Shown here in pieces: positions 28,601 through 36,720 of a DNA stretch of 64,000 nt. Position 1 is the first letter of the stretch. The number at the start of each line of letters is the position of its first letter. The position numbers were made by a program, and so were the translations under genes. The stretch is taken from NCBI GenBank assembly GCA_964499445.1, contig CAZCLE010000003.1:7247-71246 (forward strand). Direction: 5' to 3'. The notes under the pieces were generated by a model. That model was not told the DNA's origin. It ran no database searches and worked only from the letters and a program-made list of their open reading frames with translations. The stretch comes from an uncultured Dehalococcoidales bacterium (GTDB taxonomy: Bacteria > Chloroflexota > Dehalococcoidia > Dehalococcoidales > GCA-2688105).

Positions 28601-29026
28601 ATGGAGGAAGGATTCACCCCCAAGATAGTTGGGTTCCTTTGTAATTGGTGTTCATATGCTGGTGCTGACCTTGCCGGGGCAGCAAAGTTAGAAATTCCAT
28701 CATCCCTCTCAGTTATCAGGGTGATGTGTTCAGGTAGAGTGGACCCAGTTCTTGTTGCCACTGCGCTTCTGCATGGAGCAGACGGTGTGCTTATTGCCGG
28801 ATGTCACCCAGGTGATTGCCACTATAGAGAAGGGAATTACTATGCCCGCCGAAGATTTGCCCTTTTGAAGAAGACACTTGAGACCTTGGGGCTGGATTCG
28901 GACAGGCTCATGCTTGCCTGGGTATCGGCATCGGAGGGACAAAGGTTCGGTGAGGTAACTAACGAATTTGCCGAGCAGATTAAGGAAATGGGCCCCAACC
29001 CCATGAAGAAAAAGAGTGCGCTATGA
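28601..29026 (+). CDS. mvhD: MvhD/FlxD-like [2Fe-2S] subunit, copy 2
   Basis: Same Cys motifs as copy 1; RBS GGAGG; start moved from 28496. Confidence 0.92.
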   Translation: MEEGFTPKIVGFLCNWCSYAGADLAGAAKLEIPSSLSVIRVMCSGRVDPVLVATALLHGADGVLIAGCHPGDCHYREGNYYARRRFALLKKTLETLGLDSDRLMLAWVSASEGQRFGEVTNEFAEQIKEMGPNPMKKKSAL

Positions 29027-29040
29027 ATGGTGGAGGTGAG

Positions 29041-30321
29041 ATGAACGACAAAGGACAAAACACCCCGGTGCTGGTTATCGGGGCTGGTATTGCCGGTATT
29101 GAGGCAAGCCTGCTGTTAGCCAACTCGGGGAGAAAGGTGTACCTCGTTGAAAAGACTTCGTATACCGGTGGTAATGTAATAAAGTTTGAAGAGGTATTCC
29201 CCAACATGGATTGTGCCACCTGTATGATAGCCCCAAAGCAACAGGAGCTATTAGCCAATGAAAACATTGAGCTTCTGACACTTAGCGAAGTTGAAGCTGT
29301 ACAGGGGTCTGTTGGAGATTTTAGTGTAAAGGTAAGAAAAAAGGCTAGTTATGTTGACTCAGAGAATTGCATTGGATGCGATGCCTGCTTTGACCCCTGT
29401 CCGGTAGAGGTAGACAATGAATTTGAAGAAAGACTCTCAAAGAGAAAGGCAATATATATTCCTTGCGCCGGTGCCCTTCCTAATGTCCCTGCCATTGACA
29501 CAGAGAACTGTCTGCGCTTCAAAGGGCAGGAATGTCAAGCCTGCCAGGAAGCTTGCATATTCGAGGCTATCGACTATACCCAGCAGGATGAGGAGCTCGA
29601 GCTTAAAGTTGGAGCAATCATCGTAGCTACTGGTTTTAAATCATTTGACCCCAGTAAAATCACCCGATATGGATATAAAAAATTAGATAATGTCTACTCT
29701 GCCATGGAGGTTGAACGAATATGTGCCTCTAATGGACCCACTCAGGGGCAGATTCTTACTAAAAGCGGTGAGCCGCCAAAGTCGGTGGCTATTATTCACT
29801 GCGTAGGACGTGAAGAGAAAGGCTATTGCTCCTCAGTATGCTGCATGGCCTCCCTCAAGCTTTCGCACTTCTTTAAGCACAAGTTGCCCGAAGTGAAGAT
29901 AACTCAATTCTACTCTGAACTCTGTATTCCGGGTAAAGCCTATCAGAAGTTCTACGAAGAGGTAAGAGAAAGCGGGGTTGATTTCATTCGGGCTACAGTA
30001 ACCGAAGTTTCACAGTCAGGTAAGGAACTAGCTATCAAGTATAAAACTGAAGACGGCAAGGAAAATACCCTAAATGCGGACATGGTTATCCTTAATCCGG
30101 CGCTTGAACCTGGAGCCGACTCATCAAAACTGGCAGAGACTCTGGGTATTCCCCAAAGCGAGGATGGATTTTTCAGTGAAAAGGCGCCGGACCTTACTCC
30201 TGTAGCTACAGCGCAAGAAGGCATATTTATTGCCGGCTGTGCCCAAGGTCCTAAAGATGTTGCCGAGACGGTGGCTGAGGCAGAAGCGGCAGCAGGAAGA
30301 ATACTCGCATTATCAAGATAG
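29041..30321 (+). CDS. hdrA: HdrA-like flavoprotein 1 (FAD + central 2x[4Fe-4S]; no N-terminal domain or C-terminal ferredoxin)
   Basis: GAGIAG, DCATC, CIGCDACFDPCP, CQACQEAC, HCVG..CSSVCC, GCAQGPKD. Confidence 0.85.
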   Translation: MNDKGQNTPVLVIGAGIAGIEASLLLANSGRKVYLVEKTSYTGGNVIKFEEVFPNMDCATCMIAPKQQELLANENIELLTLSEVEAVQGSVGDFSVKVRKKASYVDSENCIGCDACFDPCPVEVDNEFEERLSKRKAIYIPCAGALPNVPAIDTENCLRFKGQECQACQEACIFEAIDYTQQDEELELKVGAIIVATGFKSFDPSKITRYGYKKLDNVYSAMEVERICASNGPTQGQILTKSGEPPKSVAIIHCVGREEKGYCSSVCCMASLKLSHFFKHKLPEVKITQFYSELCIPGKAYQKFYEEVRESGVDFIRATVTEVSQSGKELAIKYKTEDGKENTLNADMVILNPALEPGADSSKLAETLGIPQSEDGFFSEKAPDLTPVATAQEGIFIAGCAQGPKDVAETVAEAEAAAGRILALSR

Positions 30322-30331
30322 AGGATATCAT

Positions 30332-32029
30332 ATGGCAAAGAAGATAGGTGTATATGTATGCGAATGCGGCGCTAACATAGCCGAGAAGGTGGATATTGAC
30401 AAAGTAATCGCTGCGGTTTCTCCCCTGAAGGATGTAGAAGTTACTGAGAGACACAAACTTCTATGTTCCGAGGGCGGGAAGGAATTCCTAAAGCAAAGCA
30501 TCGAAGAGCACGGCTTAACGCATGTGGTAGTTGCTGCTTGTTCACCAAAGCAGCACGAACTCACCTTCATGAATGTATGTGGACAGGCAGGTCTCAATCC
30601 GCAACTTTTCCAACTTGCCAATATACGTGAGCAATGTGCCTGGGTTACACCGGATGGAGAAGAAGCCACTGACAAGGCAATAAGACAAATAAGAGCCGCT
30701 ATCAGTAGGGTGCTCTACCATGCTCCTCTCGAGAAGAAAGAAGTAGAGGTCTCTCCCGACGTGCTAGTAATCGGTGGTGGTATTGCCGGGATTAAAGCCA
30801 GCCAGTTACTGGCTGCACCAGATAGAAAGGTCTATCTGGTAGAGAAAACCTCCTCCCTGGGAGGCAAAGTAAAAAACTTTAGCAAGCTGTTCACCAATAT
30901 GGAATCTGGCTTGGACCTGATAGCACAGGAGCTACAGAGCCTTGTGGAAAATGAGAATATCGAGGTGCTCACTGATAGTGAGGTTGAGCAGATTTTAGGA
31001 TTCCTTGGAAATTTCGAAGTCAAGGTAGTAAAGAAGGTAGAAGACAAAGAGCTAAACTTCAATGTCGGGGCAGTGATACTGGCTACCGGATTTGAGCTGT
31101 TTGACCCCAAGGGGCTTCCTCAATATGGATACGGAAAGTTAGACAATATCTACACAAGTCTAGAATTCGAAGAGATGAATATCCCTGACGGACCTACTGG
31201 CGGGAAAATCCTCCTTAAAAACGGTAAACCTCCTGAGTCGGTTGCCATTATCCATTGCGTGGGACGGAAAGAAAAGGACTATTGTTCCAAGGTATGTTGC
31301 CTGTATTCACTCAAATTTGACCGGATGCTGAAGTCCCAGCTTCCAGCAGTCAAGGTGTCTCATTTATACTCTGACCTGTGTATTCCAGGGAAATCCTTCC
31401 AGAAGTTTTATGAAGATACGAGGAAGATGGAAATAGAGTTTGTTCGCTCGTCAAGAACTGAGGTTACTGGCAACGGAAAAGGTACGACTATCAAATATGA
31501 AACCGAGACCGGCTCAAAAGGTGATTTGGCTGCAGATATGGTAATCCTCATCCCGGCGATGGAAAGCAGCAGTGATGCCCAGAAATTTGCTGAAATGCTT
31601 AACATCCCTCAAGACGAAAGGGGATTCCTTGCCGAAGAGCACCAATTACTTGGCCCAGTGGCATCCGCTGTGGAGGGAGTATTTGTTATTGGCTGCGCTC
31701 AAGGACCCCAAAGTATTTCAGAGTCGATAGTTCAAGCGGAGGCGGCAGCCGGGAAGATACTGTCTGCACTCGTTCCGGGCAGAAAATTAGAACTGGAAGT
31801 TAGAACCTCCGAGATATCTGAAAACTTCTGTCTTGGATGTAAAATCTGTATTGATGTTTGCCCGTATGGCGCTATTACCTTTGATGAGATGAGAAGAATC
31901 TCAGTGGTAAATGAGGTCTTGTGCCATGGCTGTGGAAGCTGTGCCGCCGCCTGTCCTTCCGGTGCAGCCAAGCTGAGGCATTCTACCTTTCCACAGATTT
32001 ATCAAGAGCTTAAAGAGGTGTTGCGATAA
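30332..32029 (+). CDS. hdrA: HdrA-like flavoprotein 2 (N-terminal domain + FAD + C-terminal 2x[4Fe-4S]; no central ferredoxin)
   Basis: KIGVYVCECG, ACSP, IREQCAW, GGGIAG, CSKVCC, CLGCKICIDVCP, CHGCGSCAAACP; start moved from 30230. Confidence 0.88.
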   Translation: MAKKIGVYVCECGANIAEKVDIDKVIAAVSPLKDVEVTERHKLLCSEGGKEFLKQSIEEHGLTHVVVAACSPKQHELTFMNVCGQAGLNPQLFQLANIREQCAWVTPDGEEATDKAIRQIRAAISRVLYHAPLEKKEVEVSPDVLVIGGGIAGIKASQLLAAPDRKVYLVEKTSSLGGKVKNFSKLFTNMESGLDLIAQELQSLVENENIEVLTDSEVEQILGFLGNFEVKVVKKVEDKELNFNVGAVILATGFELFDPKGLPQYGYGKLDNIYTSLEFEEMNIPDGPTGGKILLKNGKPPESVAIIHCVGRKEKDYCSKVCCLYSLKFDRMLKSQLPAVKVSHLYSDLCIPGKSFQKFYEDTRKMEIEFVRSSRTEVTGNGKGTTIKYETETGSKGDLAADMVILIPAMESSSDAQKFAEMLNIPQDERGFLAEEHQLLGPVASAVEGVFVIGCAQGPQSISESIVQAEAAAGKILSALVPGRKLELEVRTSEISENFCLGCKICIDVCPYGAITFDEMRRISVVNEVLCHGCGSCAAACPSGAAKLRHSTFPQIYQELKEVLR

Positions 32030-32171
32030 GCAAAGCTCTATTTTTGAGGTAGTCCTATCGAAACCGGTGCCGGTGAAGAGGTACCGACAGCCCCGGCTGA
32101 CGATGGAGGACCGTGCGGCTAAGAAAATAAGGGAGATATAAGAGGGAATCTTAATCCTGCAAGGAGTTAAT

Positions 32172-33332
32172 ATGGCTTCTACTCAGAGAGGTGCAGTTTT
32201 CCCGGCTAATGAGGGAACGCGAGAGGGAATTCTTGACTTTATGAAACAGGCTCTGGGCAAAGGTTGCTTTGATGCCGTCCTCATTCCAGCCAGAGTGCCG
32301 GGGAGTGATTCATTTACTTACTTGTTAATTCAGGATGAAGCGCTCCTGAAAAATGCCTATCCCCTATGCCCGGTTATGCCGGTTCAGGGAGCTAAAGCCC
32401 TATCCAGTCTTACCGGACGCGGCAAAGGCAAGAAAAGAATAGCTGCTCTGGTACGACCCTGTGAGGCGAGAGCAACAATTGAGCTAGCTAAACTTGGGCA
32501 AGTAGACTTAGAGAATATATTTCTTATCAGTCTTGATTGTCCTGGGGCACTGCCACTGGCCGACTGGGTCAAGGACCCAAAGAAAACTGAAGATGTATTC
32601 TCGGAAGTCCTCAAGGGAGGGACTAGCGAGAGCTTGCGTCCAGTTTGCCAGATATGTGACAAATTCTCTACAACTGGTGGGGAAGACTTGCATATCGGAA
32701 TACTAGGGACAGAGAGTGGCAGGATTTTCCTCGTTCCTCGCAGCCCAAAAGGCGAAGACATCCTTGACAAGCTCGGTCTTCCAGCCACAGAGGATATATC
32801 AAGCTGGGAACACGTGGTGAATTCCCTGACCGAGAAGAGAAAAGAGAAGCGCAAGCAGTTTCTGGAGGAATTTTCTTCAAGGGCTACTGGCCTGGACAAT
32901 TTACTTGATATCTTCAGCAAATGTATAAACTGCCACAATTGTATGAGGGTATGCCCCATATGTTACTGCCGACAGTGTTTCTTCGATTCGGATAATATGA
33001 AATTCACTTGTGAAGACTATCTCAGGAGAGCAGAAATTACGGGCGGGCTCAGACTCCCCCCCGAGACACTGCTCTTTCATATTGGACGTATGCTGCATAT
33101 GTCCCTCTCCTGCGTATCATGCGGAGTATGTGAAGATGCTTGCCCCATGTCAATCCCGGTAGCACAGGTCTTCAGCTTGGTAGGTGACAAAAATCAGAAG
33201 GAATTTGACTATATTCCTGGTAAGAGCCTGGATGAACCCAGCCCGCTGAGGGTTTATGAGGAGAAGGAATTTGAAGAAGTGGAGCAGTCTTATGTAGAGA
33301 CCTCCGCCAAACAGGAGGCGCGAGATGCCTAA
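32172..33332 (+). CDS. FlxC/FdhB-like (FrhB family) iron-sulfur subunit 1
   Basis: VRPCEARA, CINCHNCMRVCPICYCRQC, CVSCGVCEDACP. Confidence 0.8.
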   Translation: MASTQRGAVFPANEGTREGILDFMKQALGKGCFDAVLIPARVPGSDSFTYLLIQDEALLKNAYPLCPVMPVQGAKALSSLTGRGKGKKRIAALVRPCEARATIELAKLGQVDLENIFLISLDCPGALPLADWVKDPKKTEDVFSEVLKGGTSESLRPVCQICDKFSTTGGEDLHIGILGTESGRIFLVPRSPKGEDILDKLGLPATEDISSWEHVVNSLTEKRKEKRKQFLEEFSSRATGLDNLLDIFSKCINCHNCMRVCPICYCRQCFFDSDNMKFTCEDYLRRAEITGGLRLPPETLLFHIGRMLHMSLSCVSCGVCEDACPMSIPVAQVFSLVGDKNQKEFDYIPGKSLDEPSPLRVYEEKEFEEVEQSYVETSAKQEARDA

Positions 33333-34419
33333 AATACTGAAGGTAAATAAAGGCGCAGAGGAATGTGTGCGAGAACTTCTCAGGTTTCTCTTAGAGAATG
33401 GCAGGGTAGATGGAGTTTTCACTCTCAGCAAGGTGGATGGTGGGGTAGCTTATTCGCTCATTACTGACCCGAATGCGCTCGAAGATATCTTGCCCCTTTT
33501 CCCTTTGATGCCGGCAAACGCAGCTAAGTTACTTTCCCGTCTTACATTAGTGGAACCTGCTGATAAACCTATCGCCGTAGTTATAAGACCTTGCGAATTG
33601 AGAGCACTCATAGAACTTATAAAGCGAAGCCAGGGAAGTTGGGAAAACCTCTTATTCATAAGTTCAACCTGTAGTGGAGCCTATCCACTTGAAATGGCTG
33701 TCAATGGGAATATTGAAGAGAGGCTCCCCCAATATTGGGATGCAGTTAAAAAGGGTGAGATTGCCTCTGATATAAGGCCCGCCTGTGCCGCCTGTAAGCA
33801 TTTCGTGCCTTACAATGCAGACATGACTGTCGCTTTGATTGGAAACAAGGATGTGGATAAACAGTGTGTAATACATCTGAATACTGACAAAGGAGAGCAG
33901 TTTGCGGCTGGTATAGGTGGAGAGCTTGCCGAAGGAGAAGTTGAGTCAGAAGTAATTGAAGGTCTTCGGAGCAAAAGGGAAGCCCAAAAGAAAAAACTAT
34001 TTGATGAACTCGGAATTGAAGATTTTGATATACAGAAAGTTTTTGAGAAGTGCATAGGTTGTCATGGGTGCAGCAAAATCTGCCCTGCTTGCTACTGCCA
34101 TGTATGCTTCTTCGACTCTGGGGGCGATGAGCATGAGTCAAATTATTATGAAGCAGAACTAGATAAAATGGGATATGTGCGAGTTCTTCCTGCCCCGATA
34201 TTTTACCAGCTAGTAAGGTTATTCCACGTAAGCATGTCCTGCGTAGGATGCGGCTTATGTGCCGATGTGTGCCCGGTTGATATCCCACTGTGGGCTGTCT
34301 CTTTGAAAACAGGAGAGGCAGTTCAGAATGCGTTTGATTATCTACCAGGGAGGGATATAGAGGAGGAGATCCCCCTTACTACATTCAAACCGGAAGAATT
34401 TGCTGGAGTTGCAGAATAA
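33325..34419 (+). CDS. FlxC/FdhB-like iron-sulfur subunit 2 (paralog)
   Basis: IRPCELRA, CIGCHGCSKICPACYCHVC, CVGCGLCADVCP. Confidence 0.8.
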   Translation: MPKILKVNKGAEECVRELLRFLLENGRVDGVFTLSKVDGGVAYSLITDPNALEDILPLFPLMPANAAKLLSRLTLVEPADKPIAVVIRPCELRALIELIKRSQGSWENLLFISSTCSGAYPLEMAVNGNIEERLPQYWDAVKKGEIASDIRPACAACKHFVPYNADMTVALIGNKDVDKQCVIHLNTDKGEQFAAGIGGELAEGEVESEVIEGLRSKREAQKKKLFDELGIEDFDIQKVFEKCIGCHGCSKICPACYCHVCFFDSGGDEHESNYYEAELDKMGYVRVLPAPIFYQLVRLFHVSMSCVGCGLCADVCPVDIPLWAVSLKTGEAVQNAFDYLPGRDIEEEIPLTTFKPEEFAGVAE

Positions 34420-34457
34420 AGGTGATAGTATAAAACAATACTCTGGGTCAAGTTAGA

Positions 34458-34593
34458 ATGAAACTAACCAATTCTTTTGCCCTGTATCTGCACTGCGGCA
34501 GGGTATGTCCTCCCCAAAAGCAATCGGTAGAGCCTCCCATTACACATTAGTCCAGAATGTGCAGTCGAGGCAACAGTTGCTTATTTAGTGTGA
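34458..34593 (+). pseudogene. Possible degraded 2[4Fe-4S] ferredoxin
   Basis: Across frameshifts reads MKLTN..LHCGRVCPP-KAIGRASHYT..PECAVEA, resembling CxxCxxxCP..AI...Y.I.PEC. Confidence 0.35.
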
Positions 34594-34605
34594 TTGAGGA
34601 TAAAA

Positions 34606-34640
34606 AAACAGGATCGAGAAACTAGCTCTCGATCCTGTTT
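34606..34640. terminator. Bidirectional intrinsic terminator
   Basis: 14-bp stem AAACAGGATCGAGA/TCTCGATCCTGTTT with A and T tails, between convergent units. Confidence 0.85.
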
Positions 34641-34656
34641 AATTTAAGAATCAGCC

Positions 34657-34797
34657 TTAGCTCTTTCCTATTCTGAACATCTTAGTGCCACATGTGGGGC
34701 ATACACCTTGGGTTGCTGGCCTCCCGTTCTTCATAGTTATAGCTTTAGCATCCTTCATTTCTCTCTTAGCACGGCACTTCACGCAATATGCTTGCAT
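34657..34797 (-). CDS. 46-aa zinc-ribbon protein (DUF5679-like), missed by the ORF track
   Basis: MQAYCVKCRAKREMKDAKAITMKNGRPATQGVCPTCGTKMFRIGKS; RBS AGGAGGTG. Confidence 0.85.
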   Translation of the reverse strand: MQAYCVKCRAKREMKDAKAITMKNGRPATQGVCPTCGTKMFRIGKS

Positions 34798-34856
34798 CTC
34801 TTCACCTCCTTTCTTGCTATGTAGGGTAATCTATATGCTCGTAAAATGTCAATAGC

Positions 34857-35114
34857 CTAATAGTCAGTCACACAACATTGATTAGGGGATAACTGGACTA
34901 CCTCGCCGCTCTCAAATCGAAATTGACCCTCACCCCCACCACCGCTGTGCCTTACGTGTCCCCCCTCAGACGGTTCTATCTCCACGGTTAAAATACATAA
35001 CTCCGACTCCGGTCTCACCGGCGGCTGCAACTCTGTCGGGACAGCACAGGCCGTAACCAAAGCCATAGCTATAGCTATAGATAGCACCAGTGATGTTAGC
35101 ATTAACCTTTTCAT
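34857..35114 (-). pseudogene. Truncated lipoprotein with partial bacterial-repeat (InlB B-repeat-like) domain
   Basis: Lipobox LVTAC; LTVEIEPSEGGHV...ESGEVVQL breaks off mid-domain. Confidence 0.5.
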
Positions 35115-35265
35115 GGTAAACACCCCATTGACTATGTCCAACCATATTGTTGGCTGTTTCCTGGGCTTTGTCAAGGGCTTCAGGTTTGTCGGGCATTATA
35201 TACGGATTTTTAGCTGTTCCTTATTCAGTATGGTAGAATATGTTAAAACAAAGTAAGCAAGGCTG

Positions 35266-36255
35266 GTGAGCAAAATGAACACAAAATTAGTAACAGGACT
35301 ACGCGGCATCCTTTGCGTTTTGGTTATAGCTACTTTGATTATCAGTGTGGGGTGTCAGGGGGAGGGGGGACAGCTCCCGGCACCGTCATCTTCCAGTGAA
35401 CTCTCGTCAACGCTTGTACCCAATATGGCTCTGGATGTGTATGTTTATGCCAAGCAGGATAGCCCGACTATGATACCAGCAGAGATGGTTGATGCGCCTT
35501 ATGATGTAGGGGTTGAATCGTTGGCTGTCTGGGGTGTATTCGCAGAGGATAAGTTCGCCTTTGGCGTAGGTCTTACTCTGACCAGTGCCAGTGATGCCTC
35601 TAGATTGTATGATGAAATAGACCTGGGGGAAGAAGGCTGGAAGACGCTCGATGGCAACACTATATTTTTTGTGTATGGTTCAGGCACTGCCGCTGAATCT
35701 CTGACAACAGCTATCTCAAATCGAGTTTTCAAATACTATGACGACAGTGAGTCCCTCGAAGCTGTAGCAAGTCTGCCTAGCCAAGATACAACCAAGCTTG
35801 CTGCCATTGCTCTCGCCAAACCTAGTGAAGAGCTTATAGGTTTCCTAACCAAGGATACCGACTTTGAAGACTTGGGACCGATTAATACGATGCTGGAGCT
35901 GGCGAACCTTAAGGTGGTAGCCGCCGGACTATATTCACCGCACCAGATAGATTTGGCCCAGGCGGCAGCGGTGATGGAGAGCGACGGCGATATCTCCAAC
36001 CTTGACATAGGTCTGCTTGTTTTAGTTAAGTCGGGACTTCCCGGATTCTTAGTCGAGCCAGCTGTGGAGAAGTTCCTGTCGGAGTCTGATTTTACTGAAA
36101 CAAATCTTGGTGAACTTACTATATATAAGGGCTTATGGGATAGTGGTGGAGGAGCAATTCCTGTTCTGGTCAGGATTGAGGGTAACTGCATATTCGCTGC
36201 CGTAGCCGGGCAGGAATCCTATGCGGAAACCTTGATAACAAGCACCAATAAGTAG
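35266..36255 (+). CDS. Hypothetical lipoprotein
   Basis: Signal peptide with lipobox SVGC; acidic soluble domain; alternative ATG at 35275. Confidence 0.7.
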   Translation: MSKMNTKLVTGLRGILCVLVIATLIISVGCQGEGGQLPAPSSSSELSSTLVPNMALDVYVYAKQDSPTMIPAEMVDAPYDVGVESLAVWGVFAEDKFAFGVGLTLTSASDASRLYDEIDLGEEGWKTLDGNTIFFVYGSGTAAESLTTAISNRVFKYYDDSESLEAVASLPSQDTTKLAAIALAKPSEELIGFLTKDTDFEDLGPINTMLELANLKVVAAGLYSPHQIDLAQAAAVMESDGDISNLDIGLLVLVKSGLPGFLVEPAVEKFLSESDFTETNLGELTIYKGLWDSGGGAIPVLVRIEGNCIFAAVAGQESYAETLITSTNK

Positions 36256-36364
36256 TCGGTAAGAACTTGAATCAACAGGTTCAGGTAACAAAAAGCCGTC
36301 CCTGAAAGCGCTGACTTTGTCAATATCAATAGGTAAATTGAGCAGAACCGGCGCTTTTAGTCAC

Positions 36365-36393
36365 TTGACAAAAACTAGCCGCTAGTTTATATT
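36365..36393 (+). promoter_or_regulatory. trp operon promoter with a palindromic spacer
   Basis: TTGACA-17 nt-TATATT; AAACTAGC-C-GCTAGTTT at 36372-36388. Confidence 0.7.
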
Positions 36394-36410
36394 GTTGAAA
36401 ATAGAAAAAG

Positions 36411-36694
36411 TAAAGGCTGGGAACGAGACTAGTAAGCCCCCAGCGAGGCTCAGAGAGCCGGGGAAGGTGAGAGCCGGCGCTAGCGCAGGGGTTGAATGGA
36501 TTCGGGAGTTGCTGACTGAAAGGGATTTTCCCAAGTAGGTTTTGACGGAGAGGGCACCGTTACTAAAGCCCAGGGTATCGCTTCAAAATAGTGAAGCCGT
36601 ACCTGAAAGAGATGGTTGCCTAAATTAGCTGGCAATCAAGTAGAGTGGCACCGCGAAGGATTGACCTCTTGCCTCTATGGCGAGAGGTTTTTTT
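36411..36694 (+). ncRNA. T-box riboswitch with Trp (UGG) specifier and terminator
   Basis: AGTA, AGAGA, GGTGAGA stem-I motifs; GAA-TGG specifier 36497-36499; CCGTTA; T-box AAGTAGAGTGGCACCGCG 36638-36655; terminator CCTCTTGCC/GGCGAGAGG + T7. Confidence 0.92.
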
Positions 36695-36720
36695 AATTGT
36701 TAGATGGGAGTTATGCTCCA

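Noticed and set aside
32030-32171. Open frame FEVVLSKPVPVKRYRQPRLTMEDRAAKKIREI in the hdr operon gap
   Set aside because: No start codon or RBS and no family I can recognise; blastx would be needed.
27478-34419. Selenocysteine in MvhD/HdrA as in some methanogens
   Set aside because: All expected positions are Cys and the ORFs are uninterrupted.
26572-34640. Integrative element at tRNA-Gly
   Set aside because: No integrase, no duplicated tRNA 3' end and no mobility genes were seen in the window. Only a scar is suggested.
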